This document shows positions 1 through 11,639 of a stretch of DNA of 64,000 bases, in pieces. Below the pieces are notes generated by a model. The model did not search any database and was not told where the DNA came from. It worked only from the letters and a program-made list of their open reading frames with translations. The position numbers and the translations under genes were made by a program. Positions within the stretch are counted from its first letter, which is position 1. The number at the start of each line of letters is the position of its first letter. Source of the stretch: Lingula anatina (lineage: Eukaryota; Animalia; Brachiopoda). The stretch lies in the NCBI GenBank assembly GCA_051362555.1, contig CM120646.1:14260001-14324000 (forward strand), written 5' to 3'.

Positions 1-413
1 CTGGATATTAATGGCTTCTGATATCAAAAGAAGAACTGAGTGGCTTTTACCGTAGACACAACATTTATGATCATAAAACAACTACATATATCTAACAAAA
101 TAAAGACGAAAATTGGGCAGTGTCACCTTGGGTTGAACCTGAAATAGTTAGAGCATCGTAACCGCAATTTCTACGGTCTTTAAGATATTTAAACTTCTTT
201 AACCAAAAATGTTACTGTACACGCCCGTGATAATTTGGGTTTGGTAAAAGGGGGCAGTTACCAAATGAACCAAGATGCGTATTGTCGTGCTGTTAGCATA
301 AATTTAATGCAATCAAGAATCACCTCAGTAAAATTCAGGGACCAAGGTAGGGAGGAGCGAACTCGACCCCCTCCCCCTCTCCCCCCCCCCCCCCCTTCGT
401 GATACTGCCTCCG

Positions 414-1401
414 TCAGCAATTGTAATTCTTAAAATAATTTTCACCTTTGTCTACACGAAAAAGTCTAACTTGACCTTTTCTAGGCATGTCATTTTTACA
501 GTGACTTGGCTGGTTTTGGGGGCTCTGCTCCACTGCCGTCTCCAGCTCCACGTCCGAGCTCAACGGCCCCCAGCAGTAGTTGTGCCTATCGATCCCGAAG
601 TACCGGTGGCGTACCTTCAAGGCCTTGTGGGTACATCGGCGTAATGCGTAGGAGGCGTCTTGAAAGCGGTGGCGCGCGGGGTCACTTATATAGGTCAAGG
701 TCGTGTCGTTTTCGTCACGCGCTGCTAATAAAGCTTTAAGGTCGATCTTAACTTCGTCTAGCTTTGCTGACAGCATTTTATTGGCATCGTCTATGCACCC
801 AAGGTCCAGGACTGAGTGTCTGTGGAATTCTGAATAAGGAAGAGCATATCACTTTTTGGGTATTTATATTCTTATATTAAGTTGTACGACAGCGTCTTTT
901 ATATTTAGAATTAATAAATAATGTTTTTTTCCTCAAAATTGGTATGCTCCGTTTATTACAGATATATTGTATTCATCCAAGGGGTAGTAATCTTATAAAG
1001 AAATTATAATTATTAACAAATTATTGGATAGAAGCGTATGAGGAAAACATCGAGAAAAAAACATAGACTCTGGCCGCGACTAAGAGAAACCCTAAAATTA
1101 CCCCCATACGGGTGCAAATAGTAGGTACACATTCATTCAACTTCAGTCTCCTTCAGCTTCTGTGATTTAACAGTAATAATTTTGGTTGTCATAAAAGCGA
1201 GGTCGAAACAAAGCAGCCAGTATAAACTGTTTGAATCAAAATTAAAACAAAAACGTGGTAGTATATAATGCATTAAATGTTAAACAAACATGCATTTAAA
1301 CAAAATGTACCTTTGATTTCGTCACTGATTTCAGCCGTAGCTGCAAATACCACGACGCAGAGAATGGTCAAACTCAAACTTTCCCCCAAACACCATGCCA
1401 T
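414..1401 (-). CDS. Orphan secreted protein, 2 coding exons (1401-1311, 829-414), about 168 aa if exon 2 runs to the stop
   Basis: gccATGg context at 1401. Exon 1 encodes the signal-peptide-like MAWCLGESLSLTILCVVVFAATA-EISDEIK. A phase-1 donor G|gtacat at 1310 and acceptor tcttccttattcag at 830 join in frame to EFHRHSVLDLGCIDDANKMLSAKLDEVK...NYNC* (ORF 414..776 extended upstream). Exon 2 could instead splice out before the stop. No family recognised. Confidence 0.65.
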
Positions 1402-3544
1402 GGCTGGAGTTTCGCCAAATTACGACGTGCCCCAACAAGTGAAGCAACGGACGCAAAAACGGCAAGCCCTGATGAAAAAATGAAAGGTCTCTGTCGAATC
1501 ACCCCTTCGACGCTGCGGTCGGTGGTACGTGACACACGGACACAACGCAGGTGACACTGCAGTGGTGACACGGATGGGCGTGGCAGTCTACTCAGCACAG
1601 AGAGTGACACGTGACAACTGTCTGAAGACTTGGCGTCGTTTTGTTTGTGATAACTGTTCATCTTTATCGAATGTAACACGTCCTCTGTGGCCTATTTTGC
1701 CATGTATTGCACATATACATGAAGAGTATTTGGATACTTTAATCACGGCATAACTTTAATTTTTTTCAGCCAAAAAGCATAATTTGCATAATTTGCGTTG
1801 CCGTTCATCATGACAGCAGGCTATGTTTAATATATTTATAACCCTTCGTAGTTCCAAAAAGTTAAGTCCTCTGAAATGCAACGGGACGTGTGGCCAAAGA
1901 AAAACTTTTTTGTTTGTTTTTTTTATGAAATCTCACTTTATATTTAGTAAATGTGCCGAATATTAATATTGCTCTCTCTATTGGCTGTTATAGAAACCGC
2001 ATTCAAGGTGACGCACAAATGTTTATCACGGCAGGTTTATTAATTGGAAATAATCCGAGTTACCATAAAAACGAGTCTGTCGGCACTTCATTAAGTACGT
2101 CACACGAGACTTGAAAACGAGCCAGAAGTTGGAGGTGTGTGTGGGGGGGGTAACTTTGCACAGATAAGAATGAAATTGATTGCGCAGGGAAAGTGGTCTA
2201 AGACAGCAATACAAAATGATGGCATTCGAAATGAAAAATTGACGTCTTTATTCAACAGAATTTAAGAGAAAACGAAGAAAAATATCAGCGGGGATCAAAT
2301 ATGTCGACTTTCATTCTTTGTCGCACCGCAAATGTCTCGCTTGATATCACGCTTATTCGCGAGAGGTCAGACTTCTCGTATGGTCCTCATAAAGGGTATG
2401 TTATTTGTTTGGCCTTGATAAAAATAATGGCCTAAAGGTCGCTCTGGAAAACAGTGCCTTGGATGGATTGTATTTAAAAGTGAATTTTGCACTGATCGTG
2501 GAGGAAAAATGATCAAAAAGCGTGTCCGTATTAACGGAGTTTTATCTTGTAAACAGTAAATCGTCCTTGAAAAAATGGGCTCTCAAATCAATGGAACTGT
2601 GATGCATTTATCGTTGTTTCATGTGAATTGGCAGAATCAAGTAGCAACGTTTTCCAAGTTGTGTTGTCTTCTTGCTGCTGAGTTTCGATATAAGGTCTTT
2701 TCATATGCAACTTAAAACAAAAAAATCACTTTTTATTGTGAATACGGCAGTGGTTCCTATAACAAGCCGTTTTTAATATTTATTATTATCATTATTATTT
2801 CATCAAAAAGCTTGCATTTGTCTAACAAAATTTTAACTATTATAGCATATTTCCGCGTTCAAATTAAAGCGACTGACTATAAACGAATAAAATAAATATA
2901 CAATTTTCCGCGTTTAAATCTAGGCGTTCTTGTCTAGCCAGCCAGTCTCTGGCTTTCTTCATCGGAAATTGTTCCTATTACCGGAAAGCACGCGAACTTC
3001 AAATGGTGATATCCTAGTGTCAGCCCGGGAGATGACTGGTATTCAAAACTGCTATCAAAGGCAGGTGGTTTTCTGTATGATTTGTTGTTCATTATGATCG
3101 TTATTACTTATCATCTTCAGAGTGAAAACATCCGCCCCAAAACGTTGCTATCGGTAAATCGTTTGACAATACACATGCAGTATTTAAAGACGGGTCACTT
3201 ATATTACACTGAAGACACCAGATCAGAGTGTAGTTGGAAGATCTGTTATTTGCGGACAGTGTCGATGCGGTGACTTTTTTTCAGTTTTCTTATCATCGTA
3301 ATCACATGATATTCCACAGAATCATATTTTTGAAAGGAAGTCTAATGTAGGTTATAAATATAAATGGACAAGTTTGCTCTATAAAATTTCCTGACGGTGT
3401 CTTATATCTTTTGGCAAAAGATTCAAGTGTAGCGACCGTTAAAGAGACGGGATATATGACATTTCAGTGAAGATCTAAAAAAGGTCGAAGACAAGTTAAA
3501 ACTAAAGAAGTAAGGCTCTTTTTCTTGGAATATCGCAACTGGCT

Positions 3545-5362
3545 ATGACGTCTGCTTATAGAAGTCGGTCTCTTTTTCATCATCACGTTTTGACATTCCA
3601 CCACCACATGACTCCCTGGTCAGGGAGTGTCCCAAATCCTGCAGTCAAAATCCAGAGCAATCCGGAACCATCAGACAAAACGAATTTGGCACCATCACCA
3701 GAGACCAAGGGGAGAAGTCCTACTAGCGAAAGTCAAATAAATGCCACCAAACCGGATAACTGTCTTACAATATGGTCGCCTCCAAGAATGGCCGAAACAA
3801 CGGCGCCTGCGGAGGGTTCGGATAGGCAAACAGGAACGACTGATGACAGAAATGACATCGCAAACCCGCCCCCAAGTGACTCAAGCGTGGAGATAACAAC
3901 GACAACGCCAGTAGTTTCTTCACTGGGCATTCCCTCCCGTGTACCTGACCACGCTGCGCCGTTACCGCTGTTTACGTACCCTGCGTTAATGGGGACGTAC
4001 GCGGACTTGGCGTTGGTTCAAGGGTTACCAGCTTTTAGTGAGTATCCACGTACATGATAAATGGACAATAATTTTGAGAATGGGGCGTACATGCACTATG
4101 CACAAAAAAAAAGGTATCCGCTAATTAACATTAATTTTTTATGGAGTTTTAGTAGATTCCTTTCCTGGGCATCACTTTTCTACATGTCTCTCACTTTAAA
4201 ATGTAGGCTAGACAAAGGCACTTGGGCGTCCCCCTTAACTCTAATATAATACTGGGTTAACTGTTTATTTTGTATTATTTTTGTATTGCCTTCTGAGGCG
4301 ACATTATCTGCGCATCATCTCACCCCTTATTACTAGAAAGCCATCTTTGCCCCATGCATATTAACGAACGTTTTCCCAATTTGCATGACGTCACACAGTG
4401 CCGACAGTCTCGTTTAAGGCTCAAATGGTCTCCATTCCGAAATTAGCTTTATGTTAAGGCGGTTATTACTTATCAAGCCTACTTTTTATCCCGTGCCTCT
4501 TTCAGAAATATTAACATTTTCCATTTAGTGAAATGCCTTTTCCAGATATATCGCTTCCATTTTTTCAGTGCAAAGACGACGCAGAAAAGAGAACCGTCAA
4601 AGAAGACAGAGGACGACGTTTACGAGCGAGCAGACGCTCAAGCTTGAACTCGAATACCACCGCACGGAGTACATCACGCGCCCTAGACGCTTCGAGCTAG
4701 CGGAGTTGCTGAGCCTTACTGAGACGCAGATTAAAATATGGTTTCAAAATAGACGCGCCAAAGACAAGAGAATCGAGAAAGCTCAAATGGACCAGCAGAT
4801 GAGGTAGGTGGCTATAGTTTTGTGTCGTGAAGGCGTTACGTGCGACTATTCGTCTAAGTATTAGTTTACTCATACTATATAAGCCTTAGTATACCCATGC
4901 TTATATTATGTGATTGCAGTGTAATTACATACTAATGGTAAATAGTGTATAATTATGGAAAATATTCTCTTTAAACTCAACGGACTACATATATTTTTAT
5001 ATCCATTGGTATTCTTACAAATTGTGTTTTAGACATGAATAATGTTAATGGGCTCACTATAAGTGTATACGTACACTTCAGTGATAACATGGCCAACAAG
5101 GCAATGACAGTCTGTCAATTGTTTTTTTTTTCTTCGTTATATTCATTCATTCACTTATTCATTCATTCATTCATTCATCTAGCTTCAATAAGTTGACCAG
5201 TACTATGAATGACTATGTTGTTGACTATGTCAGTGCTATGTTGTAAGACCATTTTAAAAATATTCCAGAGCTTTGGGTCTGATGAACCCAATTCATCAAC
5301 TGCCGAGTGGGCTTCAATCTGCCCATGCACTTTGTGGAGGATGCTTCTTTCCACCCTGTTGA
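3545..5362 (+). CDS. ro: Rough-class (ANTP) homeodomain transcription factor, exons 3545-4037, 4569-4803, 5269-5362 (about 273 aa)
   Basis: Homeodomain [67 protein letters not shown] closely resembles Drosophila Rough, including the [16 protein letters not shown] tail. Splice sites are frame-compatible: A|gtgagt 4038, tttttcag 4568, AG|gtaggt 4804, ttccag 5268. Exon 3 (ALGLMNP...CGGCFFPPC*) is less certain. Confidence 0.9.
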
Positions 5363-7199
5363 ATTTTGAGGTGTGCCCGGTTAAGCATCATTATTTGGAA
5401 CTTGTTTTCGCCAGGCTTAACGCCGACGTGATATAATCAATGAGTGCAAGTCCGTATAAACGCATTGCAACTATTTATTATAATTATTATGATAATAATT
5501 TTTATAATTATGGTAATGATGATGATGTATGTCTTTAGTATTTTTGATACTCCATCTTCAGTAGGTGTGGCTGTTTTATTTTGAATACTCTTGTCGTGGA
5601 AATGTTAGGTCGAAAAAGAGCTAAAATTGATGAAATGCACCGATTTTTATTTGGAAAGCTATTGTAAGCTTGTATTACTTTTTCTTATTTTTGATTCATT
5701 GGATTATTGGGAAACATGATTATCCTTCAACACATGACTTACGTATGATACTATTTGACTTAAAAGGATTTGTGAATATAATAAATGTTTCAAAGTTTAG
5801 TGTGCTACTATTGTTTTTAAATTTCCCTTTTCATTGTCAGATGCAAAAGAAGTGACAGCTCATTATCAGTGCACATATACGTAACTGCTTACAGAGTGGA
5901 AACAATGTACAGAGGAAGCCAAGATGTTCGCACCACCCCTTCGAATAAAACACGAGAGTGGCCTGGTGAAAAAATGTCCTCCCCCCCCCCCCCCCCCCCC
6001 CCCCTCCTCCCCCGTCACATTCTACCCTTTCTCTGTAAAACTTGGGTCTAACTTCATTGGCTTAGATGTGCAATTGGAAACTGAGCGACGTCCAATTTTC
6101 AAAGTCCGGAGCAGCTGGTTCTCTTTCTGAAAAGCAATATTAATATCGATATTCCGCAACGTAATTACAGGTGATCATCGCGTTGTAAGAAACTCATTTC
6201 CTTTTCATTCATGACAATTTCAATTATTCACGAATTAAATCTGTGTTGCAATGGTTTTACTTTCCTGCCGTGGGTGCGACGCAGGTGAGAGGAGCAATGA
6301 GTAACTCATTAATCCGATAATCAGCCCTCTACGTGATTTATATATAATTAATTGATAAAGGTATGTACATGTACAGGTTCCGTGAAAGGTTTATTCCTTT
6401 CCTCTTGCTCATCGGACGTCTTACGGCCGCGCATGTAAACGAGTTTGGGTATTTAAGCTATTGTCCACAATACTGAAACAATTCAACTAATTGCAATTAT
6501 ATCGCACAGTTTAAGACACATGATCGAAGTACGGGTAATAGAATTGTCAAAGGCAATCCATTTACTAGCGTAGTCGGATGGCAATTTGAGTAAATAAAGA
6601 GGATAAGAATGCAGACAATTTGCGGTTGAGTGTGCATATGTACAATGATGGTCAGTGACAAGGTCTGGTTTATGGTTCTAAGATCAAGTCTTTCAAGATT
6701 TAACGACATTAATTAAAAGCGTAAGAATAAAATTAAATAATAAACCTTCAGACACGAAGACCATTTATTACATGTACGACCTGAATGTTTTCAGCCAATA
6801 TACATGTATAATTCTTTAAGAAACGAGAACATAAAAATTAGGGAATATCATAGCTAAGCTTTTGTTCTGGTGCTCACGCTGGAAATGTGTGATAAATATA
6901 TCTTTACCCAACAAGCATGCCAGGGTCTGGGTCATCATCTAGGGCAAAATTCGGAGCCCAGACAAAATATACTATAGTAAGAGCACATGCCTTTACAAAT
7001 AAATCCACGGCGCGATTTAATATAATAATTACACCTTTATCGATGACAAAGTCATCGGAAATCTACATTTTGGTAAATTAAGACAAGAACAAATTTGATG
7101 ATTTGTCGAGTGAATGTGTTAATCTGGTTGCATTCAGCAAGAGTCTCCGGGGAATAGGATCAATCTTTGTAAAACGATAGTATCACTCGGAACGAGCCC

Positions 7200-8275
7200 A
7201 TAAACTTTGAACAGTGTTTCTTAGTCTGGGTATACATCTTTGAAGGCAATACCACAAAACAATCGTTTATAAACATAATACACTTGTAACTTTATATATC
7301 ATAATCTTACATAATGCAACATGTTTTTACTTTAAATTTAATAATAATAATGATTTGATCATTAAAGTTTGTAGACGTAGGAAAAGAGTTGCTACATGAT
7401 GATAACACACAATACACTGTTGGAAGGTGTTAGGAGCTATGAAGGTGTTAGGAGCTATGAAAAATAAAATAAAAACATTTTAATATGGCGGACATTTTTA
7501 TCAACTCAATTCAACGTATACACTTTGTGTGTGTGTGTGTGTGACATGTGTGTGTGTGTGTGTGTTTCACAAGAGCCAGAAACCTGCAAACATTTGGCAT
7601 CGAACGGTGATTAAAAAATAAGATTCATTTCAATGAATTATCTATTTCTGCTAGGAGTTGGTATACCGCAGGCGAAGAAAAAAGATCTCCTGGTATCAAA
7701 AGAATTACTGCATACAAATCTACATCTGTGTGATGTACAGATAAATATTACAGAACACCTAAAATAATGACCTAAATACAATTTTAGCTGTGACAATTTA
7801 CTTGCGAGAGAGAGAGAGGGTGGAGCAAGGAAAGCCTTGATTTTAGACAACCGACAATCGGAACACAAAAATCAAACAAACAAACAGAAATAAAAAACGT
7901 AGAACAAAAATGCATATCATACAATTTTACGATATATCTAAAAACACTAGTTAACGGGACTGAATGAACTCAAAGTACAAGTATGTATTTTTATACACTA
8001 CAGGACTATAGTTAAGGTATTAAACATGAAATACCATGTAATCTACACTGCTAAAGTATAGTTTCACAACCCGTGTATAAGATCACCTACTTGTTGTAAT
8101 ACGTGCACCTAACTGTATCTGTGCGACTATCCTGACGATCACAAGACATAGCACTGAAACAAGTAACAAAGTACACGTGCGACACACAACTCTTGCGGAG
8201 GGATGAGACGGTCAACCTAGAAAGGCAATTCTCCATCTTTCCCTCTTTTCTGCATCTGATCCTTGGTGTTTTATA
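7200..8275 (-). pseudogene. Inverted pseudogene of the Cys-rich peptide family
   Basis: On the minus strand: TATAAAA at 8275-8269; exon 1 at 8187-8091 reads (GTG)CRTCTLLLVSVLCLVIVRIVAQIQLGARITT with ATG changed to GTG and an A|gtaggt donor. The intron is homologous to copy E intron 1. Exon 2 (about 7455-7405) is degenerate, with an 18-bp duplication and no good donor. No exon 3 found. Confidence 0.85.
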
Positions 8276-9639
8276 CAGGAACAAAACAATGCACCGTATG
8301 TTATTGCAGTGATACCATCACTTGTTCCCGTTTGTGGCAGTGCGTAAATAATAGAGTTGTGATGGACCGGCACCGTTATTTAAATATCAAGTGCCTTTCA
8401 ACTTAGTGTATTAATAATTGATTCGTTATAGGTTACCATAAGTAATACTTACAAAGTTGTAGGTTAACTGTGCTGAACCACAAACGCGTATTACCTGCAC
8501 ATACCTATATGATAAATTCATTTCCTAAAAGATATGGGTGGATTCCTTTTCTCTTTAAGTACAGCTGTGTCGGTTGGTGCAGATTTAAATGCGGTATTTG
8601 GGTCAAAGGACAAGCAATTAGGAACCTAAATTTTGAAATGTACACAATGGCCATTAGAGATATCTGGGAGAAAGACTCTTCATTTTGAACCAAGCACTAT
8701 ATTTATGTAGGGTTCACTTATCGTTTTTCACTGAAAATACCGCTTGCTATCTTACGTGACAAGAAAACATCGTAAAACTAAATATATAATTTATGACTGC
8801 AACACTAATATTACTCCACACAGTTCATTTATGGTGAGAAATAGATCATTAGGTTAAGATGCCTCATTCATGGCCACGTGTCGTTTTTTTCACTTTGTGC
8901 TATTTCAAGGGTATATCTTTGGCTAATCAGTGGCAAATTTCTCCATTCGCGTTGGAGAAAAGTGATCATAATTAATCAGCGGTCCTGTTAGATGGTACAA
9001 TGAATGATCAGGAGATGTTGCACTCATGTTTGTGTATATTTCATCGGTACATCGACAACTCATCCATTTCTGTTGCAGTATACACGAAATTATTTCCCTC
9101 CAAAATGCCAATATAATAAGCAAATTACATGCCTATGAAATATGCCACTGTGCAATAAGTAAACCACATGAAATATGTCAATATACTGTGCACAAGTATA
9201 CTGATAGATGACGTGCCTTCTTAAACAAACGTACAGCCCGCGACTTGAAACAGGCCAACACAGGTGCGTCATGGTCCTGTCCAACTATTCTTTTTTTTCA
9301 GGGCCATAACCTCACCTGGGTCACCATTTGGTAAATACTGGAAGAGAATTGGATAAGCGTCGGCGATGTACAGATAAAAGACAAAAACGTGAGTGCAACA
9401 TCTCCTGATAATGGGGTTACTATTTCTATTTTTCACTTAAGGTTAATTGTATGGTGCAATATCAGTATTGTATATAAAATATATACCTTTAATTGTACGA
9501 TGTTTTCTTGTCACGTAAGAAAGCAATCAGTATTTACAGTCAAAATAATAGGTGGAGTCTATATAAATATATATAGCCAGAGACATATCGGTGAATATGT
9601 AGTGAAACATTAATCTGTGGTCCAGGCAGAGGGTATCCC

Positions 9640-10200
9640 GATCATCGGGTAACGCACTTACCAAAACTATCTATTTCTATTTCTCACCATAAATACACTT
9701 AACATGTGTGGAGTAATATTAGTGTTGCGGTCGAAAATTGTATATTTAATTTTACAATGTCTTCTTGTCATGTAAGAGAGAAAGCAGTATTTATAGTGAA
9801 AATGATAGACGAACACTACATAAATATAGTGGTGGATTCATGACATAAAGTCTTTCTCGAAAATATATCAAAGGTCCATTATTAAATGTCTAAATTAATG
9901 TTTCTTATTTTTTTTAGTTCTTTGATACAAATTACCGAATTCAAATCCTCACCAGGCGACACAGCAAAGTTAACCTGTCACTCTTAAAGTATTGCTTATG
10001 ATAACCTTTAAAGAATCAATTATTAATACTTTTATTTTAGTTGAAGGGAACTCGATATTTAAGTAACAGTATCGGTCCATCACAGCCCTATTATCTATGC
10101 ACTGGTACAAACAGGAACAAGTGATGGTATCTTGATGATAACAGATTTAGAGAAAACACAAAGTACATTGTTCCGGTCTTGTATAAAACGCCAAGGAACA
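9640..10200 (+). promoter_or_regulatory. Conserved upstream module and TATA box of peptide gene A
   Basis: TATAAAA at 10182-10188, 85 bp before the ATG. The same ~550-650 bp block precedes every family member (about 16560, 18160, 21550, 27690, and inverted at 8275-8870). Confidence 0.7.
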
Positions 10201-10266
10201 GGTGCAGAAGAGGAAAGAGCAAGAATTGTCCAGCTTGATTGATCATCACATCTCGCCGCCAGCAGT

Positions 10267-10601
10267 ATGGGTCGTACGTGTACTTTGTTACTCGCTGCAG
10301 TGCTCTGTGTTGTGGTCTTTGGGATAGGAGCGCAAGCACAGACGGGAGGATCATTGGGAAGTAGGTGAAGTGCTTCACAGGCTGGGAAGCTTGACGTTTT
10401 TTAAAATTTAGCTATCGAGTTTGCCTGATATTGTATGATTGAATTGATGATTATAGTAGTATGGGATATCAAAAATTAGTGATGCTGTTTTCAGTTCCTT
10501 CAATTCAAACGTCATCATTTTCTGATGCAGCATAAACTTGTAATTATATAAGATATACACTTTGTGCACAAAGGGGGTGTTTGTGCTCCAGTGGTTGATA
10601 A

Positions 10602-10651
<50 letters not shown>

Positions 10652-11639
10652 GCAGTTTGAGTCGTAGACAAATATGTCAATTATATATCTCCAATTTAAC
10701 GTTTAAATAAAACGACATAATTTGATTCATGTGATAATCAATATAGCAAACAATGTACGTCCTACACGTTTTTGTGTGTGATAAACCAATTTGCTAATTT
10801 TATTTTGTAAACGTATTAAACATGTATGGTTTGATTTATGCTGATGCTGTAATTCATGATACGAGAATCCACATGTTTTCGGCTATGGCGACCGAATCTC
10901 ATAACAAAGATAATTCTCTGAAATGAATGCACCTTTTTGACCACCATCCGTGTCATATATCACGGGTCTATATACCACATACTAGTAACGTAACACTTGA
11001 ACAAATCAAACTTTATTGTCGCCCATTTTTGAAATATTTACCTCAGTTTATTCTTGATCCATTGTGCACGCAGAGCTTGATTTTGTTATTGAGGGAAAAA
11101 AATAACTGGACTGAGTTGACAAAAAAAGAGAAAAAACGTCCATTATGTCAAAACGTTTCAATTTCTTTTTTTTTTTCAGATCTGATATTTCCTCCCAACC
11201 AGTGCACCAACAGCATATGGTGTTGTAAGTAATTTATATATTACATCAACTGTATCTCTCTGTCTAAAGTCTAAAATCTACATGTATAAATCTGACTTTA
11301 AAAAGTTTGAGCATGTTGTTTTAGGTTATTCTGTGCTATATGAAGTTAAATGTACCTTATGTTCATACGCAAATACCTAACTTAAAATGGGCATTAACGT
11401 TAATGATTTTGATAGCCGAATTAATAAAACCAAGATTTAATATTGCCATTGTATCAATACTGATTCCAAATACCTTTTCAGTTGTTTGCCGTGCCTTTTT
11501 TTCGGGGACCTGCAGATCCACCAGTTGCCCGTTTTTTTCTCGACCTATTGCCAATTTTCTGAGTTCTAATAACCAAGTGACATGCAGATGCTGTAGATCC
11601 TTCAGCTTTCCCCTGGCGGCTGCTACCACGACTGGATAG
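10267..11639 (+). CDS. Secreted 8-Cys cationic peptide, copy A (98 aa); exons 10267-10360, 11180-11224, 11482-11639; non-coding exon from 12262
   Basis: Spliced product MGRTCTLLLAAVLCVVVFGIGAQAQTGGSLGNLIFPPNQCTNSIWCFVCRAFFSGTCRSTSCPFFSRPIANFLSSNNQVTCRCCRSFSFPLAAATTTG*. Both coding introns are phase 1 with GT/AG (gtaggt, tttcag, gtaagt, tttcag). TAG|gtgaga donor; AATAAA near 12702 and 12714. Confidence 0.88.
10606..10647. repeat. (CT)n microsatellite in intron 1 of copy A
   Basis: Direct reading of the tandem CT run. Confidence 0.95.

Noticed and set aside
5979-6013. Poly-Pro or poly-Gly ORFs from poly-C runs (also 368-395 and 61020-61047)
   Set aside because: Homopolymer tracts, possibly with sequencing length error; no coding context.
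8087-8284. 65-aa Cys-containing minus-strand ORF
   Set aside because: Out-of-frame reading across the pseudogene's TATA box, 5' UTR and exon 1.
11340-11481. N-terminal halves of ORFs 11340..11639, 19574..19804 and 23575..23784 as real protein starts
   Set aside because: They are intron 2 read-through. They differ between copies, lack a signal peptide, and a conserved tttcag acceptor sits where cross-family similarity begins.
11363-11629. Repeated antisense ORFs MVAAARG.LKDLQHLH... (also 19543..19794)
   Set aside because: Shadows of peptide exon 3 on the other strand; not seen for D and E.
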